Origin: Alphaproteobacteria bacterium | GTDB lineage: Bacteria > Pseudomonadota > Alphaproteobacteria > GCA-2731375 | Direction of reading: 5' to 3' | Length of the DNA: 64,000 nt | Assembly (NCBI GenBank): GCA_965225945.1 | Contig: CBDDBZ010000033.1 | Span: forward strand, 32,001 to 96,000 | Shown here: one piece after another, positions 51,147 to 63,325 of the stretch | Position numbering within the stretch: the first letter of the stretch is position 1 | Layout: each line of letters starts with the position of its first letter | The notes under the pieces: model-generated | What the model saw: only the letters and a program-made list of their open reading frames with translations | The model's database searches: none | What the model was told of the DNA's origin: nothing | Made by a program: the position numbers and the translations under genes

Positions 51147-52577
51147 TCAAATCATCGTGCCCTCGATGATCTCCCGCGGGATCTTGCGGGGGAGATAGCG
51201 GCCGTCGTCCAGGGCGGCGTGGAATTCGCCGTTCTCCACCATGATCTTGCCCCTCAGTACCGTCAGCGCCGGCCAGGCCGTCACTTCGTGGCCTTCCCAG
51301 GGGGTGTAGTCGCTTTCGTGTAAGTTCGCTGCCCGGACGGTCCGGCTCTCCGCCGGGTCGAGCACGGTGACGTCGGCGTCCGCACCGACGGCGAGCGCTC
51401 CCTTCCTCGGATAGAGCCCCATGATCTTGGCGGCGTTGCTCGAGACCAAATCGACGAAGCGCTCCAGCGTGTAGCCGCGCTTGCTCACCATCTCGGTGTA
51501 CATGACAGCGACGCGAGGCTCGACGCCCGAATTGCCGCCGGTGGTATCGTCGACTCGGCTGCCCTGCACCTTGACCGAGAGGTTGCAGCAGACCTCGTCC
51601 GTCGCCACGGCGTGGATATTGCCCTCGCGCGCGCCGTCCCAGAGCGCGGCCTGATCCGCCTTGGACTTGAGCGAGGGATAGGTGTGATAGATCTGCCCGT
51701 TCTCGCGTTTGTAGTCCTCCTCGGTGAACAGCATGTACTGGTGCAGGGTCTCGCCGTAGACGGGCACGCCGCGCGCGCGGGCCTCGGCGATCGCCTGGAC
51801 GCCGGTCGCGGCGCTGACGTGCATCATGTAGAGCGCGGTGCCCGGGATATTCTCCGCCAGCCGCATCACCCGGCGGAACGACAGATCCTCCGAGAGCGTG
51901 TTGTGCACCTCGGAGAGGTTGTGGAAGCTCGTGCGCTGCTCCCGGAACAGCTTGTCGTACATGTGCATGACGATGTCGTTGTCCTCGGCGTGGATGACGC
52001 CGAGCCCGCCTTCGGCCGAGAGCACCTTGAAGACCTCCCAAATGTCGCCGAAGTCGACCATCCGGCCGCGCCGGCTGGGGGTGATGTCGGTGGTGAAGAT
52101 CTTCACCGTCGGATAGCCGGCCTGGATCGCCTCGCCGATCTGGCCCGGCAGTTCCGGCGGCGGGTCGCCTTGCAGCATCAGGTGATAGGAATAATCACAG
52201 TGACATTGGCCGATCCAGTCCTCGTCGCGCCGCTCGAAGGTTTGCTGCACCGTCTCGCCCGGCGCCCAGGCGGCGAAGTCGATCATCGTCGTGGTGCCGC
52301 CATGGAGCGCCGCGCGGCTGACCTGCGAGGGCGGGCCGCTCGGCGTCGGCTCGGCGCCATCGAGCGCCGGGATGTACCAGGCGCAGTGGACATGGGGGTC
52401 GATGCCGCCCGGCATGACGATTTTGCCGGTAGCATCGATCACGCGGCCGGCCGCTTCGGCCCCGAAACTCCCCGGCGCGGCGATCGCCTGAATGGTTTCG
52501 CCGGAAATGGCAACCTCGGCCGCCTGCACGCCGTTCGGCGTGACCACGCGGTCGCCCGTGATGACGAGATCGAACAT
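51147..52577 (-). CDS. Cyclic amidohydrolase (dihydropyrimidinase/hydantoinase family)
   Basis: PGGIDPHVH, GGTTT, VKIF, HAED, HVS and KGALAVGADAD motifs. Confidence 0.9.
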   Translation of the reverse strand: MFDLVITGDRVVTPNGVQAAEVAISGETIQAIAAPGSFGAEAAGRVIDATGKIVMPGGIDPHVHCAWYIPALDGAEPTPSGPPSQVSRAALHGGTTTMIDFAAWAPGETVQQTFERRDEDWIGQCHCDYSYHLMLQGDPPPELPGQIGEAIQAGYPTVKIFTTDITPSRRGRMVDFGDIWEVFKVLSAEGGLGVIHAEDNDIVMHMYDKLFREQRTSFHNLSEVHNTLSEDLSFRRVMRLAENIPGTALYMMHVSAATGVQAIAEARARGVPVYGETLHQYMLFTEEDYKRENGQIYHTYPSLKSKADQAALWDGAREGNIHAVATDEVCCNLSVKVQGSRVDDTTGGNSGVEPRVAVMYTEMVSKRGYTLERFVDLVSSNAAKIMGLYPRKGALAVGADADVTVLDPAESRTVRAANLHESDYTPWEGHEVTAWPALTVLRGKIMVENGEFHAALDDGRYLPRKIPREIIEGTMI

Positions 52578-52639
52578 GGCACTTCCTCCCGGCGGCAATT
52601 GTTCCCGACCGTCGCGTGGAAGTCGAGTCGTCGGCCGGA

Positions 52640-53515
52640 TCATTCGGGCGCGGCGATCTTGGTGGCGCAGGCGAGCACCGCCGGCATCGGCAGTACCAGC
52701 TCCTCGCCGTGGCGGTAATCTTCCGCCTCCTCGGCGAGGGCCGCCAGCACCGCGGCCAGCACTTCGGGCGGCTGTGCCCTGAGAAGCGCGCCGGCGCGGA
52801 CCGTGCCGCCGGCGACGGCGTCGAGGATCGCCTCGGCGTCGGCGACGCGCCAAAGCTGCTGCACGATGGTGACGCGGGGGGCGTGAAATCCCGCCCGGCG
52901 AAACGCGCCGACCGCTTCGGAGGGTTCGGCGAAAAGGTAAGGCTCGGCGCCCAGGGCGAGGGGCGCGTCGGCCTCGCCGTGGCTCTGGATCGCCCGCTCT
53001 ACCAGGTCGAAGCCGACGACGAGCGGCGGCTTGGCCCAGACCGTGAAAGCAGCCCGCCCGCCCGGCCTGAGCACCCGATAGGCTTCACGAAGCGCGCCCT
53101 CGGGCCGGGCGAAATATTGCAGGCCGAAGTTGATCACCACGACATCGAAGCTGGAATCGAGATAGGGCAGCGCCTCGGCGTCGCCCTCGTCGAAGGCGGC
53201 AGCGGGGAAATTGCGCCCAGCGATTCTGACCTGGGCGGCGGCGAGGTCGATGCCGCGCGCCTCGGCGCCGCGCCGGGCCGCCTCGGCCGCGCCGTAGCCG
53301 GGACCGCTGGCGACGTCGAGCACGCAGGCGTCGCGATTGTCGCCGCCGGCCATGATCCCGACGCTGTCGAGCATCGCCCGAATGGCTTGGGTCGAGACCG
53401 CTTCGGGGTGACGGTGCCAGTCGTCGGCGGCGCGTTCCCAGCCAACCTGCTCGAAACGGCGAGAGGCCAGGGTGTCGAATTCGTGCACGGGGCGGGGCGC
53501 GGTGTTCGGGCTCAT
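52640..53515 (-). CDS. Class I SAM-dependent methyltransferase
   Basis: VLDVASGPG, GDAEALP and RVLRPGG motifs. Confidence 0.9.
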   Translation of the reverse strand: MSPNTAPRPVHEFDTLASRRFEQVGWERAADDWHRHPEAVSTQAIRAMLDSVGIMAGGDNRDACVLDVASGPGYGAAEAARRGAEARGIDLAAAQVRIAGRNFPAAAFDEGDAEALPYLDSSFDVVVINFGLQYFARPEGALREAYRVLRPGGRAAFTVWAKPPLVVGFDLVERAIQSHGEADAPLALGAEPYLFAEPSEAVGAFRRAGFHAPRVTIVQQLWRVADAEAILDAVAGGTVRAGALLRAQPPEVLAAVLAALAEEAEDYRHGEELVLPMPAVLACATKIAAPE

Positions 53516-53830
53516 CGGTGTTTCCTCCCAAGGCAAGACAATCGTCAGGGCGCCAGCGCTCGGCGCGCTTGCGGGAAGGAGAAATCGCGTTGTCGCGGGG
53601 CAAAAAATCAAAGCCGCCGCGGCGCTGCCGGGCGGCGATCAACTCGATCAGGCCACCTCTTTAGCCGCATTTCTAAAGCGCCCGCAAGCTGGTCGATCAA
53701 ATCGGCGCTAGCCACCCTCAGTAGTCCGCCTCGGGTCCCGGCGCAAGTGGAAATTCAGCGCGTCGGCGAAAAACTGGTGCGTGAGGGGGAGCGCGGTCAG
53801 AATGGGGGCCGAAGCATCGGGGCGGGGGCG

Positions 53831-54599
53831 ATGGCGATGGCGACGCGGACGATCTGGGGGATTGGCACCAGCCGGACGATCCGGGCCCATTGGGCGGCGG
53901 CCGAAGTCGGGCTCGAATACGCCGTCGAGGCGATCCGGCCCCGGACCGGTGAGACCAAGACCGCGCGCTTCACCGCCGTCAACCCGCGCCAGAAGATCCC
54001 GGTGCTGGTCGATGGCGATCTGACGCTTTCCGAAAGCCTCGCCATCGTCAACTACTTGGGCGAGAACCATGGCGATCCCGCGAGCGGCCTCGTGCCCCGG
54101 GAGGGGCCTGAGCGCGCGGCCTACGACGAGTGGTGCTTTTTCGCGGCGATGGAGCTGGATGCCACGAGCCTCTACGTGATACGTCGCCATTCCGGCCTGT
54201 CCGAAATCTATGGCCGGGCACCGGTCGCGGTGGACGTGGCGCGGGCCTATTTCGAGCGCCAGATCGCCTCGGTGGTCGCGCACCTGGGCGACGAGCGGCG
54301 CTATCTCATGGGCGATCGCTTCACCGGGGCCGACATCGTCATGACCTCGGTGCTCGGCAACGCCGAGAGCTATGAGTTCGCCCTGGACGAGACGCTCCTG
54401 GCTTATGGCGAACGGACCCGGGCTTATGGCGAACGGACCCGGGCTTATGGCGAACGGACCCGGGCTTATGGCGAACGGACCCGGGCTTATGGCGAACGGA
54501 CCTATGGCGAACGGACCTTATGGCGAACGGACCCGGGCGCGCCCCGCCTTCCAGGCCGCGTGCGCCATCAACAACCCGCCCGATCTCGGGCCCGTATAG
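53831..54599 (+). pseudogene. Glutathione S-transferase with a repeat expansion and frameshift near the C-terminus
   Basis: NPRQKIPVL, LSESLAI and FTGADI motifs; the native tail YGERTRARPAFQAA...* lies in another frame after the repeat. Confidence 0.85.
54401..54536 (+). repeat. Tandem repeat, 21-bp unit GCTTATGGCGAACGGACCCGG (4 full + 3 truncated copies)
   Basis: Full units at 54401, 54422, 54443 and 54464, then 18-, 15- and 19-bp variants; no spacers. Confidence 0.95.
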
Positions 54600-54611
54600 A
54601 GGAGAAGCTTC

Positions 54612-55013
54612 ATGGCCCGCGCCGACCAGGTGTTTCATCTCCGCGCGCACGAGAAGACGCTCGGCTTCGCCTTCGCCGTCAGAGGCGAGACGATGCTGCA
54701 CATTTCGGGGGCCTGCGCGCTCGACGCCGACGGCGAGGCGGCGGCGCCGGGCGACCTGGGGGCGCAAATGTGGATCGTTTACGCCGACATCGCGAAGGCC
54801 TTGGCGGCGCACGGGCTCGGCTTCGCCGAGGTGGTGCGCGAGCGGATCTACCTCACCGACATCCGGGCCTTCCGCACCGCGCTCCCGATACGAGCCGAGA
54901 TCTACCGCGCCGCCGCGCCGCCGGCGGCCACCTGGGTCGAGGTCGCTGGCCTGATGCGTCCCGAATTCATGATCGAGATCGAGGTGACGGCGGAATTCCC
55001 GCGCGAGGAATAG
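54612..55013 (+). CDS. RidA/YjgF/UK114 family protein
   Basis: LHISG, PAATWVEVxxL and IEIEVTA motifs; GAGGAG RBS. Confidence 0.88.
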   Translation: MARADQVFHLRAHEKTLGFAFAVRGETMLHISGACALDADGEAAAPGDLGAQMWIVYADIAKALAAHGLGFAEVVRERIYLTDIRAFRTALPIRAEIYRAAAPPAATWVEVAGLMRPEFMIEIEVTAEFPREE

Positions 55014-55057
55014 GCGAGCTCGGCGCCGAGCCCGAGGCCATGTTTGGAAACGGAAAA

Positions 55058-56071
55058 TCACCCGCTCGGGCGCGCCTCCAGCGCCGCGACCTCGTCCGCC
55101 AGCATGTCGAAGAGGAGGGCGATCCAATGGCCCGGCACGCCCTGGGCGATGAAGACGAGGCGGCTCGAGCGGTCCTCGTCGGGCCAGGCGTCGAGCCAGG
55201 CGAGGGGATGGAGGACGTGCTGCACGCCGTGCACGATCGCCGGCTGCTCCGGGTTCTCGCGGATGTTCAAGATCCCCTTGATGCGTAAAAGATCGCGCCC
55301 GCAATTGTCGCTCAGGGTCTCCAGGAAGAGACTCAGCAGCGCCGCCGGGATCGGCTCGTCTCGGCGCAGGCAAAAACTCGATATGTCGCCGCCGTGGTGG
55401 GCATGACCGTGGGCCTCGGCCGCGAGCCAGCGGGCGAGGTCGCGGTTCGGCCGGGCCGGAGCCTCGAACAGGCGCGAGGCCGCGATATCGCCGCTCACCG
55501 CCTCCAACACGGCCGCCGCCGGATTGAGCGCCCCGAGCCGCGCGGCCAAGTCCGGCAACGCCGCCGGCGCCAGATCTCCCTTGGTCACCACCAACGAATC
55601 GGCGAGCGCCACCTGTCGCACGCTCTCCTCGTGGCATCGAAGCGTCCGGGCACCGTTGAGCGCGTCCACCGTGGCCACGACGGCGGCGATCTCGACCTGG
55701 CCGGAGAGTGCGGCGTCGGTCATCAGCGCGTGCAGGATCGGCGCCGGCTCGGCGAGGCCCGTGGTCTCCACCACCACGCGGCGAAAGGGGGCGATCTCGC
55801 CGGCGCGGCGCCGCGCCAGCAGATCGGCGAGCGTGCGCACCAGATCGCCCCGCACCTCACAGCAGAGGCAGCCGCCGGGAAGTGCCACGATCTCCTCCTC
55901 GCTGGCCTCCAGCAGGTGGTGGTCGAGGGCGATCTCGCCGAATTCGTTCACGATCACCGCCGTGTCGCGAAAGTCGGGGTCGCGCAGCAGCGCGGCCAGC
56001 AGCGTCGTCTTGCCACTGCCGAGAAAGCCGGTGATCACATGAACCGGTATCGCCGTCATGGGCCTATCCAT
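55058..56071 (-). CDS. CobW/COG0523 metallochaperone GTPase
   Basis: GFLGSGKTT, NEFG, GCLCC, ETTGLA, short His patch and RIKG motifs. Confidence 0.93.
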   Translation of the reverse strand: MDRPMTAIPVHVITGFLGSGKTTLLAALLRDPDFRDTAVIVNEFGEIALDHHLLEASEEEIVALPGGCLCCEVRGDLVRTLADLLARRRAGEIAPFRRVVVETTGLAEPAPILHALMTDAALSGQVEIAAVVATVDALNGARTLRCHEESVRQVALADSLVVTKGDLAPAALPDLAARLGALNPAAAVLEAVSGDIAASRLFEAPARPNRDLARWLAAEAHGHAHHGGDISSFCLRRDEPIPAALLSLFLETLSDNCGRDLLRIKGILNIRENPEQPAIVHGVQHVLHPLAWLDAWPDEDRSSRLVFIAQGVPGHWIALLFDMLADEVAALEARPSG

Positions 56072-56134
56072 TGCTTCCTCGCGCGTGAAAGCATAGTCAC
56101 CGACCGCTCGAGGGCGCCAGAGCGGACAGGCAGG

Positions 56135-56404
56135 TCAGTTCCGGCCCCGATGTGCCTCGTAGTAGGAGCGCAGAACGGCGTTCATTCGCGCCTGATAGCC
56201 TCGGCCACGGCGCTTGAACCATTTCACCATGTCGGTGTCGAACTTGGCCGTGATCTGGGTCTTTTTTCGGTCTTCCGGCATGACCACACGGGCGCTCGCC
56301 CAAAATCGCTCGTCCAGTTCCGGAATATCCGAGGTATCGATGGCGCTGTCGGGCAGCGCCGCCAACTCTTCAGCCGTCAATTCTCTTTCGTATTTCCTTG
56401 TCAT
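56135..56404 (-). CDS. BrnA-family antitoxin
   Basis: IDTSDIPEL and KxQITxxFDxDxVxWFK...GYQARMNAVLR motifs. Confidence 0.9.
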   Translation of the reverse strand: MTRKYERELTAEELAALPDSAIDTSDIPELDERFWASARVVMPEDRKKTQITAKFDTDMVKWFKRRGRGYQARMNAVLRSYYEAHRGRN

Positions 56405-56680
56405 ATATCCTCCGTTCGGAGCGTCTGGCCGGCCGCGCCGAGATAATCCGCGTCACGCCATCCCGGTCCGTGTGTACCACGACAAGGATCAGAACGGCCT
56501 CGATCATGCCGAGGCTGATCGTACGTTGCTCGCCGTAGTCGGCTCGCTCATCGGCCCAATCAATCGTGAGACCGTCGAAAATCCGAGCCGCTCGCGCGAA
56601 ACCGATACCGTGCTTCGCGATGTTGCTTCGGTTCTTGTCTTCATCCCATTCGAATTCTCTTCATCCCATTCGAATTCCAT
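56370..56680 (-). pseudogene. BrnT-family toxin frameshifted by a 20-bp tandem duplication
   Basis: Removing one copy of 56638-56657/56658-56677 gives [21 protein letters not shown]...DYGEQR...RIISAR, overlapping brnA. Confidence 0.9.
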
Positions 56681-56799
56681 GCGCACTCCCGAGATCGCCT
56701 GTCCAATATAATTATTTTTACAATTATTTGCAAGAGATCTTCGATACTCCCCCGAAGCCTCGGAAGCGTGCTAAGACCCGGGACAGCGGGGAGGAGCGC

Positions 56800-58332
<1,533 letters not shown>

Positions 58333-58343
58333 GGCCGGCGCCC

Positions 58344-60329
58344 ATGTTTGCCAAGATCCTGATCGCCAACCGGGGCGAGATCGCCTGCCGGATCATCAAG
58401 ACGGCCCGGCGCATGGGGCTCGCCACGGTGGCGGTCTATTCCGAGGCGGACCGGGGCGCATTGCATGTCCGGATGGCGGACGAGGCGATTGCGATCGGCC
58501 CGGCGCCGGCGGCCGAGAGCTACCTTGGAATCGAGAGAATCGTCGAGGCCTGCCGGGAGACGAGCGCGGAGGCGGTGCACCCGGGCTTCGGATTTCTGGC
58601 GGAAAACGCCGCCTTCGCCGCCGCGCTCGCCGCCGCCGGCATTACCTTCATCGGCCCCTCCGCCGGCGCAATCGCGGCGATGGGCGACAAGCTCGAAGCG
58701 AAGCGCCTGGCCGCGGCGGCCGGCCTCAACGTCGTGCCGGGCCACGGCGAAGCGATCGAGGACGCGGACGAAGCGGTCGAAATCGCCGAGAAGATCGGTC
58801 TCCCCGTGATGCTCAAACCCGCGGCCGGCGGCGGTGGCAAGGGGATGCGGATCGCCCGCGATTCGGCCGCCGTGCGCGCGGGGCTGGTCTCGGCCCAGCG
58901 CGAGGCCCGCGCCAGCTTCGGCGACGAGCGGGTCTTCCTCGAGAAATACATCGAGCAGCCGCGCCACATCGAAATCCAGGTGCTGGGCGACGGCCGGGGA
59001 AACTGCATCCACCTGGGGGAGCGCGAGTGCTCCATCCAGCGGCGCCATCAGAAGGTCATCGAGGAGGCGCCGAGCCCCTTCCTCGACGAGGCGACGCGGG
59101 CCCGGATGGGCGGGCAGGCGGTGGCTCTCGCGCGCGCCGTCGACTACGCCTCGGCGGGGACGGTCGAATTTATCGTCGATTCCGACAAAAACTTCTATTT
59201 CCTCGAGATGAATACGCGACTTCAGGTCGAGCATCCGGTGACGGAAATGGTTCTCGGGCTCGATCTGGTGGAAGTGATGATAAGGCTCGCGGCCGGCGAG
59301 CCGCTGCCACTGACGCAGGACGAGGTTCGCGTCGAGGGTTGCGCCATCGAGGCCCGGATCTATGCCGAGGACCCGGCCAAGGGTTTCCTCCCCTCGGTCG
59401 GTCGCCTGGTCCGCTATCGCCCGCCCGAGGAGAGCGGAAACGTGCGCGTCGATAGCGGGGTCGTCGAGGGCTCCGAGATCACCATGTTCTACGATCCCAT
59501 GATCGCCAAGCTGGTGACGCACGGCACCGACCGGGCAGCGGCGATTGAGCGCATGGCCGGCGCGCTCGACAGCTATCGGATCACCGGGATTCGCCACAAC
59601 GTCGATTTTCTCGCCGCGATCGTGGCCAGCCCTCGATTCCGCGAGGGCCGCTTGAGCACCGACTTCATCGCCGAGAGCTTCGGCGAGAACTTCGAGCCGG
59701 CGGTGCCCGAGGGCATGGCCTTGGATAGCCTGATCGCCGCCACCGCGATCATCGCCGAGCGGCGGCGCGCGCGGGACCGCACTATCGCCGGACCCGGCCC
59801 CTGGCCCCACGACGGCGAGGCGGGCCGCGTCGTGGTGCTCGAGGGGACGCCTCATGCGGTGGAGATCACCGCCGGCGAGGGGGGCGCACGCGTGGTGTTG
59901 GGGGGCCGAGAGATCGCCGTCCAGAGCGAGTGGCGCCCCGGCGACGAGATCTTCCGTGGCACCCTCGACGGACGCGAGATCGCCGTCGGCGTCGCCCTCG
60001 ACGGCAGCCGCCTCGTGCTGTCGCACGCCGGCCACGTGGTCAGGGCGCGCCTGATGAGCCGGCGCGCGGACGAGCTCGCGGCCCTGATGCCGGTGAAGGC
60101 GCCAGCGGATCCTTCCAACCTGCTGCTCTCGCCGATGGCGGGGCTGGTGGTGGCGATCCACGTGACGCCCGGCGAACAGGTGAAGGCGGGCCAGCCGCTG
60201 GCGGTGGTCGAGGCCATGAAGATGGAGAACGTGCTGATCGCCGAGCGGGACGGCGAGATCGCCCTGGTCCGGGTCGCCGCCGGCGCGAGCCTGAGCGCCG
60301 AGGAAATCATCCTCGAGTTCGTCGCCTGA
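58344..60329 (+). CDS. pccA: Propionyl-CoA carboxylase alpha subunit (biotin carboxylase + BCCP)
   Basis: [31 protein letters not shown] and EAMKME motifs. Confidence 0.92.
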   Translation: MFAKILIANRGEIACRIIKTARRMGLATVAVYSEADRGALHVRMADEAIAIGPAPAAESYLGIERIVEACRETSAEAVHPGFGFLAENAAFAAALAAAGITFIGPSAGAIAAMGDKLEAKRLAAAAGLNVVPGHGEAIEDADEAVEIAEKIGLPVMLKPAAGGGGKGMRIARDSAAVRAGLVSAQREARASFGDERVFLEKYIEQPRHIEIQVLGDGRGNCIHLGERECSIQRRHQKVIEEAPSPFLDEATRARMGGQAVALARAVDYASAGTVEFIVDSDKNFYFLEMNTRLQVEHPVTEMVLGLDLVEVMIRLAAGEPLPLTQDEVRVEGCAIEARIYAEDPAKGFLPSVGRLVRYRPPEESGNVRVDSGVVEGSEITMFYDPMIAKLVTHGTDRAAAIERMAGALDSYRITGIRHNVDFLAAIVASPRFREGRLSTDFIAESFGENFEPAVPEGMALDSLIAATAIIAERRRARDRTIAGPGPWPHDGEAGRVVVLEGTPHAVEITAGEGGARVVLGGREIAVQSEWRPGDEIFRGTLDGREIAVGVALDGSRLVLSHAGHVVRARLMSRRADELAALMPVKAPADPSNLLLSPMAGLVVAIHVTPGEQVKAGQPLAVVEAMKMENVLIAERDGEIALVRVAAGASLSAEEIILEFVA

Positions 60330-60336
60330 GAGCCGC

Positions 60337-60618
60337 ATGGCCGAGGACGCCGTCCGCCTGGTGATCCGCGGCCGCGTGCAGGGCGTCTGGTTTCGCGCCT
60401 GGACGATGCGGACCGCCCGCGCGCTCGGCCTCGACGGCTGGGTGCGCAACCGGAACGACGGCACCGTCGAGGTGGTGGCGGCCGGCGCACCCGCCGCGCT
60501 GGAGGCCCTGATCGCCGCCTGTCGCCAGGGACCACCGGCGGCCCGCGTCGACGATGTCGAACGCCATGAGACGCACTGGAGCGGGGGTGGCGGATTCCAC
60601 TTGGCCCCGGACGAATAG
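60337..60618 (+). CDS. acyP: Acylphosphatase
   Basis: [14 protein letters not shown] and GPPAARV motifs. Confidence 0.95.
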   Translation: MAEDAVRLVIRGRVQGVWFRAWTMRTARALGLDGWVRNRNDGTVEVVAAGAPAALEALIAACRQGPPAARVDDVERHETHWSGGGGFHLAPDE

Positions 60619-60627
60619 GCGCGGGGC

Positions 60628-61269
60628 CTATTCGGCGCTGGGCAAGTTGGCGGCAAAGGTGGCCATGAGTTCGCCGTCGACCTCGGCGAGGGAGACCGGG
60701 ATGCCGAGCGCCACCAGCGAGGTCACGCCAAATTCGGCGATGCCGCAGGGCACGATTCCCTCGTAGTGTGAGAGATCCGGATCGACGTTGAGCGAAATCC
60801 CGTGGTAGCTGACCCAGTGGCGGAGCCGGACGCCGACGGCGGCGATCTTCTCTTCCCGTCCGCCGCCGCGATCGATCCACACGCCGACCCGACCCGGCCG
60901 CCGCTCGCCCCGCACGTGGAAGCGCCACAGCGTGTCGATCACCCACCCTTCGAGTGCCGCGACGTAGGCGCGGAGGTCGCGGCCGTGGGGACGCAAGTCG
61001 CGCATCACGTAGGCCACCCGCTGGCCCGGGCCATGATAGGTGTACTGGCCGCCCCGGCCGCTTTGGTACACGGGCAAGCGCGCGTCCAGCAGATCCTCGG
61101 GCCGCGCGCTGGTGCCGGCGGTGTAGAGCGGGGGATGCTCCAGCAGCCAGACGAGATCCGGCGCCGCGCCCTGGCGAATCGCCGCGACGCGCGACTCCAT
61201 CGCCGCCACCGCCTGGTCGTAGCCGACGGCTGTGTCGCTGATCCGCCATTCAGGCGTGCGGCTCGTCAT
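60628..61269 (-). CDS. lipB: Lipoyl(octanoyl) transferase
   Basis: [27 protein letters not shown] and IVPCG motifs. Confidence 0.96.
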   Translation of the reverse strand: MTSRTPEWRISDTAVGYDQAVAAMESRVAAIRQGAAPDLVWLLEHPPLYTAGTSARPEDLLDARLPVYQSGRGGQYTYHGPGQRVAYVMRDLRPHGRDLRAYVAALEGWVIDTLWRFHVRGERRPGRVGVWIDRGGGREEKIAAVGVRLRHWVSYHGISLNVDPDLSHYEGIVPCGIAEFGVTSLVALGIPVSLAEVDGELMATFAANLPSAE

Positions 61270-61436
61270 CTCTCGACCACCTCCAGCCAGCATTGCCGCT
61301 CCCCTCGCGCGAGCCTAACCGACTTTGCGGCGCGCGCGATCGTGATTTCGCGCTGGACAGCTTCACATTTACGCTTCCCTAACCATGACGGCGCCATAAG
61401 GAACCCGACCTGGAGCAACACCGGAGCGGAAGAGTC

Positions 61437-61688
61437 GTGCCCCGATCGAACGCCGTGGAAACCGTCGATCTGGAGATATCCGTCGTCATCGGGACGGCGG
61501 TGATGCCGATCCAACAATTGTTGAGAATGGGCCGGGGCGCGCTGATCGAGCTCGACGCGCAAGTCGACGATTATGCCTGGATCTATGCTAATAATCGCTT
61601 GATCGCTCGGGGCGAGATCGTCGTCAACGGCGAAACGGTGTCGGTCCAGATCAAGGAAACCCTGGGCGGAAGCGACGGCGAGAGGTGA
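61437..61688 (+). CDS. Stand-alone FliM/FliN (SpoA) domain protein
   Basis: ISVVIG..MPIQQLLRMGRGALIEL...ANNRLIARGEIVV; divergent from lipB. Confidence 0.85.
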   Translation: MPRSNAVETVDLEISVVIGTAVMPIQQLLRMGRGALIELDAQVDDYAWIYANNRLIARGEIVVNGETVSVQIKETLGGSDGER

Positions 61689-61733
61689 GCCGCCCGACCG
61701 GTCCGACGCCACGGCGAGAGACGGGGGAGCCGC

Positions 61734-63022
61734 ATGGACCACGACGAAACCTTCGAGTCACACTTGGCGGAGTTACGCCGCGAAGGCCGCTATCGTCATT
61801 TCGCCGACCTGACGCGCCATGCCGGCGAGTTTCCCCGCGCCCTCCATCACGGGCCCGGCGGCGCGGACGAGGTGATCGTGTGGTGCTCCAACGACTATTT
61901 GGCGATGGGGCAGCATCCCGACGTGCTGGCGGCGATGCGGGCGGCGTTGGAGCGCTCGGGCGCCGGCTCCGGCGGCACCCGCAACATCTCCGGCACGACG
62001 CATGATCACGTCCTGCTGGAGGCGGAATTGGCGGACCTCCATGGGAAGCCGGCGGCGCTGCTCTTCACCTCCGGCTATGTCGCCAACGAGGCGACGCTCT
62101 CCACCCTCCAGAGCCTGCTTCCCGGCGCCATCGTATTTTCGGACGCGCTGAACCACGCCTCGATGATCGCCGGCATTCGCCACGGTCCCGGCGAGACGCG
62201 GATCTGGCGCCACAACGACGTCGAGCACCTCGACCGTCTGCTCTCGGAGACCCCGCCCGAGACGCCCCGCATCGTCGCCTTCGAAAGCGTCTATTCGATG
62301 GACGGCGACATCGCGCCCTTGGGCGACATCATCGATATCGCGGAGCGTCACGGCGCGCTCAGCTATCTCGACGAAGTGCATGCCGAGGGCCTTTACGGCG
62401 CCAGGGGCGGCGGCATCGCGGAGCGTGACGGCGTGATGGACCGCATCGACGTGATCGAGGGGACCTTGGCCAAGGCCTTCGGCGTGATGGGCGGCTATAT
62501 CGCCGCCTCGCGCCCGTTGGTCGACGCGGTCAGGAGTTTCGCCCCCGGCTTGGACCGCATCGACGTGATCGAGGGGACCTTGGCCAAGGCCTTCGGCGTG
62601 ATGGGCGGCTATATCGCCGCCTCGCGCCCATCTTCACCACTTCGCTGGCGCCGGTGCTGGTGGCCGGCGCGCTCGCCAGCGTGCGATACCTGAAGCGGAC
62701 CGACGAACTGCGCGAGCGCCATCAGGAACGGGCGGCGCGGCTCAAGGCCATGCTGGCCGAGGCCGGACTGCCGGTGATGCCCTCCGAGAGCCATATCGTG
62801 CCGGTGCCGGTGGGCGATCCGGTCCGCTGCAAGGGTATTTCGGACGCACTGATGGCGGAGCATCGGATCTACGTGCAGCCGATCAATTACCCGACGGTGC
62901 CGCGCGGCACGGAACGGCTGCGGTTCACGCCTTCACCGCACCACGACGACGCCATGATGGGGGATCTGGCGCGGGCGCTCGCGGCCGTCTGGCGGCGGGA
63001 CGACCCGCGCCGCGCCGCCTGA
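61734..63022 (+). pseudogene. hemA: 5-aminolevulinate synthase, frameshifted by a 77-bp duplicative insertion
   Basis: [33 protein letters not shown] and YVQPINYPTV motifs; 62437-62515 is repeated at 62551-62629. Confidence 0.9.
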
Positions 63023-63288
63023 TGTCAGGCGCGATCTCGCGAGGGCGGCGCCGGCGCCGGGGCGACCGCGCGCTTTCGCGCCGCGATATCCTGATCGAGT
63101 TTCATCGTCTGGGGGCCTTCGTCCGCGTCGTCGCCATCGATCAGGAGAGCGGTACCGAGGTCGTCATCGTCGGGCCCGCCGGCGCCAGCCCCGAACGCCT
63201 CTCGCGATGCGCGGCGGACAAGCTCCGCTATGTGATGGGCAGGCGCGCGAAGAAATCGCCGATCAAGCGGCCCGGCATCGAAGTCTGA
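63022..63288 (+). CDS. Small conserved alphaproteobacterial protein (DUF6898-like)
   Basis: ILIEFxxLGxxVRVxAIDxxSGTEVxIxGP...KLRYV; true start may be further downstream. Confidence 0.7.
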   Translation: MSGAISRGRRRRRGDRALSRRDILIEFHRLGAFVRVVAIDQESGTEVVIVGPAGASPERLSRCAADKLRYVMGRRAKKSPIKRPGIEV

Positions 63289-63325
63289 AAATGGGGGCCT
63301 AGTGGATAGAATCCACTAGCCGCCG

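Noticed and set aside
54401-54536. Possible CRISPR array
   Set aside because: Units are head-to-tail with no unique spacers, lie inside a GST coding region, and there are no cas genes in the window.
52616-55288. 890-aa ORF as one real protein
   Set aside because: It is antisense to the methyltransferase, then GST, then frameshifted read-through over ridA; only 53831-54517 is credible coding sequence in this frame.
61437-61688. Flagellar or type III secretion locus
   Set aside because: A single SpoA-domain gene next to lipB with no other flagellar or T3SS genes; a common stand-alone arrangement.
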